A stretch of DNA of 64,000 nucleotides, from the NCBI GenBank assembly GCA_051294375.1, contig CM119267.1, positions 429,523 through 493,522 of the forward strand, read 5' to 3'. A program made the translations under genes and the position numbers. Under the pieces are notes generated by a model, which worked only from the letters and a program-made list of their open reading frames with translations, did not search any database and had not been told where the DNA came from. This DNA comes from Paraspadella gotoi (lineage: Eukaryota > Animalia > Chaetognatha). This document shows, in pieces, positions 38,210-51,105 of this stretch. Within the stretch, counting starts at the first letter, position 1; every line of letters starts with the position of its first letter.

Positions 38210-38992
38210 ACGATAGAGAGCGAGACAACGTCTCGGACCTCCTAGGGAAATTTGTGGGGAAAATCTTTTTTATATAACTAAACACACACAAAAAAAAAAC
38301 GACTGGTCTGTTTCGTGTTACCTTTTATCGGTGTTAATTTGTGTTGATTTATAATTTCGTATTTGAATTGAGAAATGAACAAAAAACTAAATTTATCCGT
38401 TATCAAAATTAATCCGAAGTGCCATCGCGAAGAATCGCTTGTAGTATTTCTACTTAATATTTCGTTCAAGGTGATCCTCGCTTTTTTAACCCAAGTTTTT
38501 TTTTTATTTACTTTGGGAAGGCTCAATATTCTAGTCTTATTTTCTTCCTGACTTTTTGGTTGTGGAAAAATTCTTTATCGGCGTCGTACGTAAAAATAAG
38601 TTCTAACCTTTTCAAAGCTTTTTCAAGTTTTTTAACGACGATTCGATCTCACGATTAGTTCAGTATACTTTAATCAATGTATAACCTCTTGTTCGCCGTT
38701 TGTCTTGGTTGTTCAACTTTAGCAACTAATCTTTATTTGGCAATTCAACTTAATTGTTTTTCCATACTTAATTTTCTCCTTGATAGTTTTACTCCGAGAT
38801 CAAATCGTACGATTATTATAATTCGCATATGTTAGTAGTCATTTTTTATTTAAAATAGGGGATAAAAAAAAATGATTTGAAAGGATTTTCTCTCGCACTC
38901 ATATTCATACGCGCTTTGGTCAAAACCTGATTGTGTGAGACAGAATTCGTCAAAAGTATTAAACTGATTTGAAGACATTGAACTGAATCGCA

Positions 38993-41900
38993 ATGCACGA
39001 CGCGTTCGAGGCCGTACCCGTCTTGGAGAAGCTCCCGCTCGAGGTGGAGTCGGTGGCCTGCTTCGGCGAACTGCTGCTCGTCGGAACTAAGGTAAGAATG
39101 GTTGGAGGGTGTGTCGGCGTTTTGGAAGGATCTTCACATTTGTAATGATGTACTTGATATAAACGATAGTATTACAATGTACATGTACATAAAATTTAAA
39201 CATCGTCAACCCCCCCTACCAACAGATCGGTCATCTCCTGATCTACTCCATTCGCGAGAACGATAATTCTTCCTTCAGCGACGCGGCTCGCTACTCCGTC
39301 AGCCTCTACAGATCATACAAAAACTTCTCCAAGAAGCCCATCCTCCAGTTGGAAGTCGTGCCGGAGTTCCACCTCCTCGTCAGCCTCACCGAGTCCGTCG
39401 TCAGCGTTCACGATCTCGGCGTCTACAACTTGGTTCACTCCATGCCCAAGACTCGTGGCGCGTCGCTCTTCGCCGTAGATGTCCAAGTATTGTTTTAATT
39501 AAAAGGCATTCTTAATTCGTTCATTTTTTTATTAAGACAATCTACCTATATATAAAACAATTTTAAAACCTTGACAGGCGAACAAATCTTTATCCGGCGA
39601 AGTGATACACACACTACGCTTGGCCGTCGCCCTTCGACGCAAAGTCCAAGTGAGTCTCGATTCTTTCAAACCCAAAATTGAAGCGTGGAAAGCGAAAAAG
39701 AGGGATACCCGGCACCTGGGGAGTCGGGAGTTAAGAAATAAGAAAGAACAATTTATGAGAATTGAACAATAAAAGACGCCAAGTCAAAAAAAAAAAAAAA
39801 GGAAGAATAGATCGAAGAAACAAAAAGGAGTTAAGACACCACGAGTCTCCGGTTTAGGTCGAATGTTTAAACAAAGCGAGAGAGAGAGAGAGAGAGAGAG
39901 AGAGGCTCCGCGAAGCCACGGACTCTGTTTCCCATTTTTTGAAAACCTTCGTTGATTCCGTTTCAGGTTTATTATTGGAAGAATCGTGAGTTTCACGAGC
40001 TTCGATCCGAACTCACCCCTTCGGATACTCCAAAGGTAAGTGGGCCTCGCATATTTTTTATATTTATTAGTAAAAATACTATTTATTTTTCTTTTCTTTT
40101 CGCGTTTCCGTTACAAACTTTGTTACCTCTCCTTACCTTTCCTTACCTTTCCTTACCTCTCCTTCACTCCTCCGTCTAGTCGATGGCGTGGGTTGGGGAA
40201 TCCCTCGTGCTCGGCTTCGGCAAACAGGACTACATGGTCTACGACGTCGTTCACAACGTGGAGAAGGAGCTCTTTTCCACTGGGCGTCATCCGGACCCTT
40301 TGGTTGCCAAGATTGGCGACGACATGGTCGCCCTCTCCAGGGATGAAATGATCGTCTTTCTTAACTCCAAAGGTGAAAATCCATTTTCGACATTTTTGGA
40401 GATTATTCGCAGCCGATTATTCATCGCATCACTCCCAACGATATCCGCTACGATGGAGCGATGAAACGATTAAGCGAGTTAACAATATCTTTTTGTTGCC
40501 TCCGTGTATGTATTATGTAATTAAAAAAAAATCATGCCTTTTAATTTTTTTTTTAGCAAAGCAATATCTCAAATTATATTTTCTTTGTTGTAATATCCTT
40601 ATAAATTCGTACAAAATAAAAATATTAATAACAAATTCGGATTCGTCAGAAAAAAGTGATATTTTAATGGTAAAGCTGTGAAAAATAACAAAAACGTTTT
40701 ATCATATAATAGTTTCTCCTACATAGTAAAAAAGTAAAGAATTATATATTCGATAATCATACTATCTCGCGTAAAATTATAATTGTTAATAGACTCAAAT
40801 CAAATTTTTATTCTCGAGAACACCACTCTAATATCCACACAATCTTAGAAATTTCCGCTTTTCTCTTTTCGCAGGAGAACCGACTCAACAGTCCGTGTTG
40901 AACTTTCCCGAGCCTCCGCTGAACATTGTCCACGTGCGTCCTTACCTCCTCGCGCTGCTGCCTCGCTGCATCGAGGTCTGCACCTCGGATCCCAAGCAGA
41001 CGGCGCCCGTCTCCCAACGGATCCAGAGCATCGAACTAGGTCGGCGACGCCGCCATCGTTCCAGTTCCAGTTTAATGATTAATATTAAGAGCGTCTCTAA
41101 TTTGATCAATTACGGTGAGAGGAGAATTTCTGTGTTAGACTTAAGGAATGCTTTTCGAGGTAGATCGTAGAATGAAGAATACGGGATTTAGAATTAATTA
41201 ATAATTATTATTTTTTGTTAAGAGTTTTTCCTTTATGTTAAGGTCCGTCGGGTCGTCATTCCCGCCAGTTGAAGATCGTCGTCGGATCCTCCTCGTCCTC
41301 CGACGGAAAGCCCAAGTCTTCGTCGACGAAGGCCGTCTCCTCTAAGACCGATAACAAAGAACCTGTCTCCGACAAAGTCTGCTACGTGGCAAGCTCCAAT
41401 AACGTCTGGCGCCTCGTCTCCGTTCCGCTCACCGATCAAATCAGGCAGCTGCTGAAGGTGAGTTGTCTCGAGTCGATTTTGAATCTTTGACCCCGAATCC
41501 TGGTTTTTTTTTTTTTTTTTTTTCTTCTCCTCGAACCAGGAGAAGCAATTTCAATTGGCGCTGTCCCTCTGCTCGATGGTCGAGGATCCAACGCTCAACG
41601 CGGAGATCAAGCGTCTCTACTCATTTCACTTATTCTCGCAAGTGAGAGGAGAAATCTCTGCCGCCGATCGACGATGCGATACAATTTAACTTGAGAAAAT
41701 ATTTGACTTAATTTTTAAGCATCAATTTTTTTTTTTAAATTTCAGCGCAAATTCAAAGAATCATTTTTGATCTACGCGGTGTTGGACTTAGAACCGACTT
41801 ACGTGATCGGCCTGTTCCCCAACCTCATGCCGCAAGGCTACAAGTGAGCCTAGAAACTGACCCTAATCTTAAATCGATGACTTTGCTTATGAACATTTGG

Positions 41901-44111
41901 ACGAACCCCTCCGCGCCAGGCAATCCTTCGCCGAGTACCCGGAGAAGCTGGAGCCGCTGGAAGGAGCGGACTTGGATAAGGGCGTCCTCGAACTTATCGA
42001 TTACCTCACCCAAAAGAGATACGAGCTCTTGATCGCGGGCGGCGGCGAGCTCAAGGGCGACAATCCCGCTGCCACTAAAAGTCGGACTTTGATGCAGATC
42101 ATCGACACTACCTTGTTGAAGGTTTGCTTCTTTTAAAATTATTTTACATAATATATTTTTCAATTTTGCTTATCCTAGTGTTATTTGTTGACGAACGACT
42201 CGATGGTGGCGCCGCTGCTTCGAACTACCAACTACTGCCATCTGGAGGAGAGCGAGAATCTTCTCAAGGATCGAAAAAAGTATCCCGAGTTGACCATCCT
42301 CTACGAGAAGAAGGGTCAGCACCGGAAGGCCCTCGAGTGTCTCAAGAGGCTCGCCACCAAATCGGATCCTGTCATGGGCGGCATCGCCAGAACAATCTCC
42401 TACTTGCAGCGTTTGGGAGCGGAACACATCGACCTCATCCTCGAGTTCTCCAAGTGGGTCTTGGATGAAGACAGTCGCGAGGGTCTCAACATCTTCACCG
42501 AGGACATCCCCGAAGTAGATTCCCTTCCCAGAGACAAGGTAGGGAAAAACTGTTTAAAGTGTTTAATGATGATTAAGTTAAAAGTAGAAAAAAAAAGTTT
42601 TTGCCGTCTCCCCTCTTAGGTTTTGCAACATCTGGAAAGCCTCGAGGATCCGTCTCTCCCGATTCGCTACTTGGAACATGTCATCCACGAGAAACGAATC
42701 GGTGAAACTTCGCATAAGTTTCACAACGCGCTCATCCGACTCTATTTGGATCGAGTCAGGAATCTCTACGACGATTATCTCCTAACGCTTCCGCCGGGTA
42801 AGTTCCGAAGGCAAAAGATTCCAAGAAAATTCAAATTTGGAATACGTAATCTTTGTGTCTCGCAGGAGAACCTCCGCCGAGCGCGGGACACGAACCCGGC
42901 GACCTGGGAATTTGGCGGGAAAGGCTCCTTACCTTTTTGAAAACGTCGACGAGTTACACTCCGGAAAGGCTGCTCACTTATTTTCCCTCGCATCAGGTTC
43001 CGTGTGGCCTCTCTTTTCCTCATTTTTTTATTTTTATAATAATAATAATAATAATAATTATAATAATAATAATAATTGGTAAAACTAATATAGAAAGGCC
43101 TCCATCCCTCTTACAAAAGAATAACAGAAAGATCAATCAGATAGTTTATTACCTTGTATAACTTTGTATATTTATAATGTTCTTATGAAATGTTTTGATT
43201 GTATTTGATTGTTATAACTTATAATAGATCCGGAAATACTACATTAAAATCTCCACTAGTATCAAAATACAAGGAAATTATTTTACTGTCGTACATTGCA
43301 AAACAATTCATTAGCATTTTATTATGTCCGACTCCTCTACAGTTCTTCGAGGAGCGCGCCATCTTGCTCGGACGCTCCGGTCGCCACGAAGACGCCCTCG
43401 CTATTTACGTGTTGATGCTGAACGACCTGATGGAGGCGGAGGCTTATTGCGAGCGCGTCGCCAAAGATCCTAATGCAGGCGCCGACGCCAACAGCGTCTT
43501 TTTGCATCTCTTGAGATTGTATTTGGACCCGAATAGAGGTCAGTCTATTAGATGAGATAAATTAAACAAGTTATACACAAAATAACAATTTAATTGAATT
43601 AATCCTCAGCCGGACCCGACTCGTCCCCAGCACCGGTAAACACATCCGGTACTCGCGGCCTCGACGCCGCCGACCGAGTGGGCCACGCCCTCCGCCTCCT
43701 CGAAGCGCACCCCGGTTCCATCGACACCGTCAAGGCGTTGGAGATGCTCCCGCCCACTTTGGCCGTGAGAGACGTCTGTCTCTTCCTCGAAAACGTCGTC
43801 AAGGAAAAAGCTTCGTCCAAAAGGAATGCCCAGGTTCGCTATAGTTTTTGTTATTTTTCGCTATTTGTCTAAAAAGTAGTTTTTGTTTATATAAGTTATA
43901 TTTATTATAAATTGTTATATAACAGATCCTCAAGTCCCTCCTCTTTGCGGAACACCTCCAAGCGGCCGACCATAAGATCTTCTTCCAGTCGAACCGTTGC
44001 ACCGTTACCGAAGAGCTGATGTGCCCAGTATGCCGCAAGCGAATCGGCAACTCTGCCTTCGCGCGACTTCCGGACGGAACCATCCTTCATTATTATTGTT
44101 CGAAGGAATGA
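38993..44111 (+). CDS. VPS39: Vam6/Vps39-like HOPS subunit, about 16 exons
   Basis: MHDAFEAVPVLEKLPLEVE, LLVGTK.GHLL, NFSKKPILQLEVVPEF, VYYWKNREFHEL, QIIDTTLLKCYL, NYCHLEESE, YEKKGQHRKAL, FTEDIPEVDSLPRDKV, EERAILLGRSGRHEDAL, C-terminal CPVCRKRIGNSAFARLPDGTILHYYC. Confidence 0.96.
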
Positions 44112-44359
44112 AAGCGACTCTTGACTTCTTCCCCTCCGTCCTCCACCCTCCACACCCCCCCCCACATCCGCGGACCCAGTTACCTCCAAGTCGAATCGAC
44201 CAGCAATTCTGTGATTTTATAAAGTTGTTTCATTTTCTTCGTCGGTCAGACGTTTCTATTTAATTTAGATTAGTTGTTGACGCTATGTTGTAAATTTTCA
44301 TAATAATTTTTTTTAAAAATCTTGAAGCGTAAATAAACTCAATAAGAACAAAGGCGACG

Positions 44360-45662
44360 ATGTCGACGCCGTCCCGTCGCGCCCTCCACTTCGTCTTCAA
44401 GATCGGCGATAGGCGGCGAACGGCCGCCTTCTACCGCGACGTCTTGGGCATGAAGTTCCTCCGCCACGAGGAATTCGAGAAAGGCTGCGAGGCGACATGC
44501 AACGGACCCTACGACGGCCAGTGGAGCAAGTCGATGGTCGGCTACGGTCCCGAGGACGACCACTTCGTCGTCGAGTTGACTTACAACTACGGCATCGGCT
44601 CCTACGCCATGGGCAACGACTTTCACGGACTCACCATCCTTTCGCGCCGAGTCTTCGAAAGGGCCTCGCGCGTGGCGGAATCGGTAGTGGCCGGACAAGA
44701 GCCGGCGCGGCTCACCCTTCGATCGCCCGACGGGCACCCCTTTCACGTGATCGACGTGGCCGCGTCGGGACGGGATCCCGTGGTCGCCGTCGCTCTGGCG
44801 TCCTCTTCGTTGGAGATGTCTTTGGAGTTTTGGAGAGACGTTCTTGGGATGAGGATCGTGGCGGAGGAAGAGAAGAGGGTCGCCTTGGCATTTGGGGACA
44901 ATGAGTGGAGGTGAGGAAATTTATTTTTTATTCATTAGTTATTGGTTTATTTTTCTTTTAAATTATCTTCAGTTTATTATTAAAAAGTCTACGGAATAAG
45001 AAAGAAATATAAATTTAAAGGGAAAATGTCAATCATTCAAAACAAATTTATAATAAACAATTAAACATTAAACCAATCTGTTGAACTCTAGAGATAAGTA
45101 ATAAATAAACGAAATCTCTAATTTATCTGCTTTTGATATTACTTGTCCAAGCTTCATCTTATTTTGCTTTAAGTCGATTTCCCTTTCATCTTTTATTAAA
45201 TGAAGCAACCTGTCATCTCCTCGTTTACTTAGATTGGAATTAGTCGACGTTGGCGGACCCGTGGATCACGCCAAAGCCTTCGGCCGAGTCGCCTTCGCCT
45301 GCCCGGCCCCCGACCTGCCCGCCATTCAAGAGAGCGTTGAGAAGCGGGCGGGGCGGCCCGGCGCCGGCTCCGTCAAGACGCCCCTGGTCAGCCTTGACAC
45401 GCCCGGCAAGGCCACCGTTTCCGTCGTCATCTTAGCCGACCCTGACGGTCACGAGATATGCTTTGTCGGCGACGAGGCCTTTCGGGAATTGTCGCAGGTA
45501 AATATATATAAACTCTTCACAAGTAATGATATGATTCGAGCTCATCATCTCGCGTTTCAGGTGGATCCTCGCGCGGACGAGTTGCTGGACGCAGCGCTGG
45601 AGGCGGACAAGAGCGATGAGTGGTATGAGAAAAAGGGTCGAGCGAAGCCTTCCGCCTTATAA
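44360..45662 (+). CDS. GLOD4: Glyoxalase domain-containing protein 4; exons 44360-44910, 45233-45497, 45561-45662
   Basis: [96 protein letters not shown]. Confidence 0.97.
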
Positions 45663-46086
45663 TGGCAGACGATCTCACGAAATTGGGCGGGGGTGGAAAA
45701 TGGCGGAAGGGATTTGAACCAAATGCATTTGATACAATGATAATCGTTTCTCTTAAAATCGCGGAAAAATCGAATCAAAACAAAATCCAATTTGTGTTCC
45801 ATCGTCCGCTTTACATTCGTCATCTGTCGAGATTTAATCGTTAATAATAATTATTATTAATATTTAATCGTTAATAATAATTAATTTAATCGTTAATTTT
45901 TCTCTTTTTAAAGTTTGTTGATTGACGTTTTTGAATTTCCGGCCAATCGCTTTTTTATGAATTTTAATCGTAGAATTTTCGTTGCATTTAATTTCTGTGA
46001 TCTAAATTTATATTATTTATTTTTCTAAATCTAAAAAAAGATTAGTTGAGATTAAAGAATAAAGATCGACTTTCTCCCAACGAAAT

Positions 46087-47465
46087 ATGAGTGTCGAGCG
46101 GGAATTTCCGAATCCGTTTCCGGATTTCGATCAAAGACGCGACCTCGACGCTTCCGGATTCGAACGCGATTTTCTCGATCGCCTCCTTCAGACTGAGAAG
46201 AGGTTGACGAAGAAGCTCGACCAGGGACTCGGCTCTTCCGTCGACGCCTCCGACTATTCCGTCTACACCGGCACCTGCGGCGTCGCTCTTCTCTTCTGGC
46301 GTCGAAGTCGCTCGTCCGGGGACGGCGATCTCCTGGCCAAGAGTTACGAATGCGTGCGCGACGCCCTCGGGCGCCGACGAGGAAAGAGGATCACCTTCGC
46401 CTGCGGGGACGCGGGGCCGTTGGCGTTGGGCGCCGTCGTCTGTTCAGAGATGGGGAAGGCGGAGAAGACGGCCAAGTATCTCCACGAACTTCACGATCTC
46501 CAGGTTTGAAACTGAAGGAAATCATGTCTGCATTTTTGACAAGTTTTAAATCAGTTTTTTTCTTCCTTAAACTTAAGGGCAAGGCCGTGGACCTCAGCGG
46601 AGATATGCCCGACGAATTCCTCTACGGCCGCGCGGGCTACTTGTTCGCCCTCCTCTTCGTCCGCAAACATCTCGGTCCGTCTTCGGCCAACACATCCGCC
46701 ATCCACGAGGTTGTTGAGGCTATCTTGACTTCCGGTCGGCGCCTGGCGCGACGCCAACGATCCCAGGCGCCGCTGATGTATCAATGGCACGAGAAGCACT
46801 ACCTAGGCGCCGCCCACGGCATCTCCGGCATCCTCTTCCAACTCATGCAAGCGGCGGCGATGATGCCGGGCTTTGGGATTCGCGAGAAGGTCGACGTCGA
46901 CGTCAAAGCCACGCTCGATTATCTCCTCAACATTCGCTTTCCCTCCGGCAATTTCCCTTCTTCGCTCGAGAGCGATAAGACCGACAAGCTCGTCCACTGG
47001 TGCCACGGTGCGCCCGGCGTCATCCACGCCTTCTCGCTGGCTCACCAACTTTACGGCGATGAGAAATACTTGGCGGCGGCGCTGCGCTGCGGGGACGTTA
47101 TCTGGCGCCGCGGACTCTTGCGCAAAGGCTATGGCGTTTGTCATGGCGTCGCCGGAAACGCCTACGCATTCGTGCGCCTCTACGATCTGACAAAGGATCC
47201 GCGTTACGCCTACCGGGCGTCGGCCTTTGCCAAGTGGATCTTCGACTATGGCTCTCACGATTGCAGGATCGCCGATCGACCCTTCAGCCTCTTTGAGGGT
47301 TTGGCCGGGACTCTTTACTTCTTGCACGACATGATGAAAATTGGCGAGGCGAGATTTCCCGCCTTCAGATTTGCTCGACTAAAGTCTCGGCCCTTCAAAG
47401 GGCGTTTTGCGTCAGTCAGAGCCCGCTTTGCCATTTACTTCAATGGTAAACAAGCGGCGGGCTAA
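46087..47465 (+). CDS. LanC-like protein (LanCL1/2 type), one intron 46504-46577
   Basis: REFPNPFPDF, SVYTGTCG, TFACGDAGPLA, PDEFLYGRAGY, YLGAAHG, SGNFPSS, LVHWCHGAPG, KGYGVCHGVAGNAY, DRPFSLFEGLAG, ARFPAF. The true stop may be at 47382. Confidence 0.95.
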
Positions 47466-47618
47466 CTAAATGAACCATCTAGTCACTTTCGAACGTGATC
47501 TCTGCTACGTAAAAAACTTTATTTTAATCGTCTCTTAAATTTTGGCGGTCAATTGTTCCATATTTTATTATTTCTGCCTCGTGTAGTCGAATCTCGCTTC
47601 CAAAAATCTTTCATCGTC

Positions 47619-48965
47619 ATGAAGATTAAATCGCATCCAAGGACGCCTGGAGCGGTTCGTCGGCTCGTGTCTGTTCTTGAAGCGGCGTCGACAAATCGAG
47701 GGGAATTGTCAAACCCGCCCTTCAACCCATCAAAAATGTGAAATCTTTGGTCGCCCGGTTCGAGCAGACCGTCGCTGCCGAAGCTGCAGTCCTCGTAGAA
47801 AGGGTCAAGAAGAATCTCAAGAGTTTCGTGCGACCTTCCAAGTTTCGTCATATTTTCTGCGTCGATTTGGAATCTCGCCGAGTCCCGGGCATCGACCTTC
47901 TTTCATCGGCCTCGATTGTCCGGATGTCAGCGTCGACTCCTACGCCGTCGGTTACGGTCGGCGTCTTATTGTCGCAACATGCGGACGAGTTCCGATTCGA
48001 ACCGTATGACGGAATGTGACGCAGCGGGCGAAGATTGGCTGGCGGTCGAGTGGCACCCGCGATGTCAGAACCTGCTTGCCTCCGCCGACGACGACGGCAA
48101 CGTTCGTGTCTGGAATTTCTCTGGCGCCGAATCCCTTTTGAAAGTCGCGGCTGAATTCAATCATGGAGCCAAAGTCAATCTGATCCGCTTCAATCCCCTC
48201 GTCAAGAGCATTTTACTCAGCGCCAGCTTGGATCGGCGAATCGTCCTGTGGCGTTCGGATTCCGCCGTCCGCATCTGGGAATTCTCCGTCGAACGCCTCG
48301 TCTTCGATCTTCGTTGGAATCCGTCTGGAAACTTTTTCGCGGCCTCGTCCAAAGATGGATACGTCCGCGTGGTCGATCCCCGCCAATCGGCGATTCGCGC
48401 TGTCGACGCCGAATTTCTAGCCCACGCCCACTCTCTGGAGACGCGCGTCACGCCGCTCAAGGACGGGCGACTCTTCACCTCGGGCACCTCGTCTTCTTCC
48501 GTGAGAGAGATCGCTCTTTGGCCCGCCAACGGCGCTGCCTCCGAGCCCCTCTTCAGGAATCGCCTCGATGACGGCCCCGGCACCTATAATCACATCTACG
48601 ACCCGGATCACTCCCTCGTCTACGTCCACGCTCGAGGCGAGGCGTCTCTCCGCGTTTTTCAAATCGACTCCGTGGCACCTTTCGTCCATTTCCTGACGCG
48701 ACACGCGCCGAATTCTGTCGGACGATTGCGCTGCGTAGCAGGCGGGGAGACTTTCTTTCCCTTGCCCAAAAGTGAACTAGATCGGGAGACTGTGGAGATT
48801 CAAAAATTAGCTCGCTTAGACGCGAGAGGAAAGAGGATGCGAGTGATTTCCGTTCGAGTGCCGAGACGCAATTCCCTCATCTTCCATCAGGATTTGTATG
48901 GCGTGGAATCTTGGGAACGAAAGCCGATGTGCGATCCTGATACGTGGTGGGTGACTCAAAAATAA
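47619..48965 (+). CDS. Divergent intronless coronin-like WD40 protein; 5' part frameshifted (pseudogene or sequence error)
   Basis: FVRPSKFRHIF, EWHPRCQNLLASADDDGNVRVW, FNPLVKSILLSASLD, WNPSG, SSKDGYVRVVDPR, YDPDHSLVYVHARGE, LPK, ISVRVPRRNSLIFHQDLY. The pieces between 47619 and 48050 lie in different frames. Confidence 0.8.
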
Positions 48966-49720
48966 TTCACTTTCCTTCGGGGACGCCTTGCCTCTTTCCT
49001 TTTCTCTTCTCAATGAAATAAATTTTATTTTTATTACCGTTTTCATTTCGCTCACCATGTCCAATTGTCCACAAACAAATTTTTATTTCGCCAGACGCCC
49101 GTCTTGGTGTGATAATCATTTAGAAATGCTTCTTTGTGCCATCGTTGTCGTCGTTGTCATGCTTTTTTACAAATAGAAATTATGAAAGTGTATAACCATA
49201 GGAAGCTAAAAATTTTTAAAACAATTTTTATATAAAAACTATTACGAATTACAATTGTTTTAGTTATATGTCGTTCTTTCTCTTAATTATATGTCGCTTT
49301 TTTTTTCCGTCGCTTCTTCTGATTCGTTTAAAAACAGCTGGGGCTGGATTTCTTTCTCTCTCATTCATACACGCATTTGTTTTATTTACGATGAATGATT
49401 ATCATCGCATCAATGAATGGCTATCCTCGCATTAATCATTTGGTTTTCATCATACCAATATTTGGTGATCATTGCATCAATAAATATTATTACATCAATC
49501 AATTATTATTACATCAATCAATTATTTTTACATCAATCAATTACTATTACATCAATCAATTACTATTACATCAATAATTCGTTATCCGGATTTTTTAATT
49601 AATTTTCTTTGATAGTAATGTCTGGCGAGATCATTATACTTTTAAAATTTTTTACTGTTTTTATTATTTTTTATAAATCCCTTATTGGTTTTTCAATTAT
49701 TTAACTTTCCTTACTTAAGA

Positions 49721-50077
49721 ATGATGATGATCAGGCCTCAGTTTCCTCGCGCTCGCGACAGTAACTCTTATAGCAATGCGGACGACGATGACGACCTCAT
49801 GGGGCTTCAACTGCCGCCCAGTTTTGCTCCTTCAAATGACGAATTGTCCGCCCTCAATCCCTCCACCAAATTGATCACTGTGCGATTGGCTCCGGCTCCA
49901 GATTCTGCTGCTGAGGACGAGAAGTTGAAGGGAATTCGGAATCGAGGATGCGTCGATGTCGGGAGAATGAAAACAAAGATGGTAGAGCTGCTGAAGAATT
50001 TCTATGAGCCGAACAACAGGGAATTGTGGCGAGATGAAAGGTTTTTACGGCGAGATTTTGAATCGACCCAGTCTTAG
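49721..50077 (+). pseudogene. Truncated GPALPP1 5' copy fused in frame to unrelated coding sequence
   Basis: 49721-49843 matches 58721-58843 (IRPQFPRARD...DDDDDLMGLQLPPSFAPSNDE), then the sequence switches to LSALNPST...VELLKNFYEPNNRELW. Confidence 0.7.
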
Positions 50078-50229
50078 TGAAAAATTTTTTTCAAAAGGCG
50101 TTGATAATCGAGGTTATCAAAATTGTTAATTCTCGGCCTTTCCCGTTTCCCGACTTTTTGCGGGGAGTGGACTTCTTGGTCCACTTGCACTTGAAGGATG
50201 GCTTCGAGCGGAAACGAGGGCGCTTGTCG

Positions 50230-50458
50230 NNNNNNNNNNNNNNNNNNNNNNNNNNNNNNNNNNNNNNNNNNNNNNNNNNNNNNNNNNNNNNNNNNNNNNN
50301 NNNNNNNNNNNNNNNNNNNNNNNNNNNNNNNNNNNNNNNNNNNNNNNNNNNNNNNNNNNNNNNNNNNNNNNNNNNNNNNNNNNNNNNNNNNNNNNNNNNN
50401 NNNNNNNNNNNNNNNNNNNNNNNNNNNNNNNNNNNNNNNNNNNNNNNNNNNNNNNNNN
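50230..50458. other. Assembly gap (others at 12091-12100 and 50716-50740)
   Basis: Runs of N. Confidence 1.
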
Positions 50459-50489
50459 GGATCTTTCTGATGAGTGATTTCCGTTCAAG

Positions 50490-51071
50490 TGCCGAGACTC
50501 TTTACTACTTGCACGACATGATGAAAATTGGCGAGGCGAGATTTCCCGTCAATGTTTCCATATTTTTAGTTATTTGCTGCCTCTGTTATCGAATCTCGCT
50601 TCCAAAAATCTTTCTCGTCATGAAGATTAAATCGCATCCAAGGACGCCTGGAGCGTGTCGTCGGCTCCGTGTCTGTGTCTTTGACCGTGCGCTGTCGACA
50701 AATCGATGGGGAATTNNNNNNNNNNNNNNNNNNNNNNNNNAACCCGCCCTTCAACCCATCAAAAATGTGAAATCTTTGGTAGCCCGGTTCGAGCAGACCG
50801 TCGCTGCCGAAGCCGCAGTCTCTGTAGAAAGGGTCAAGAAGAATCTCAAGAGTTTCGTGCAACCTTCCAAGTTTCGTCATATTTTCTGCGTCGATTGTGG
50901 AATCTCGCCGAGTCCCGGGCATCGACCTTCTTTCATTCGACCTTGATTGCGCGGATTGTCAGCGTCGACTCCTACGCCGTCGGTTACGGTCGGCGTCTTA
51001 TCGTCGCCAACTGGCACGAGTTCCGATTCGAACCGTATGACGGAAGTGACGCACGCGGCGAAGATTGGCTG

Positions 51072-51105
<34 letters not shown>

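Noticed and set aside
46087-47465. LanC-like gene as a lanthipeptide cluster or bacterial transfer
   Set aside because: It is a standard eukaryotic LanCL with a spliceosomal intron; no LanA, LanB or transporter partners are present.
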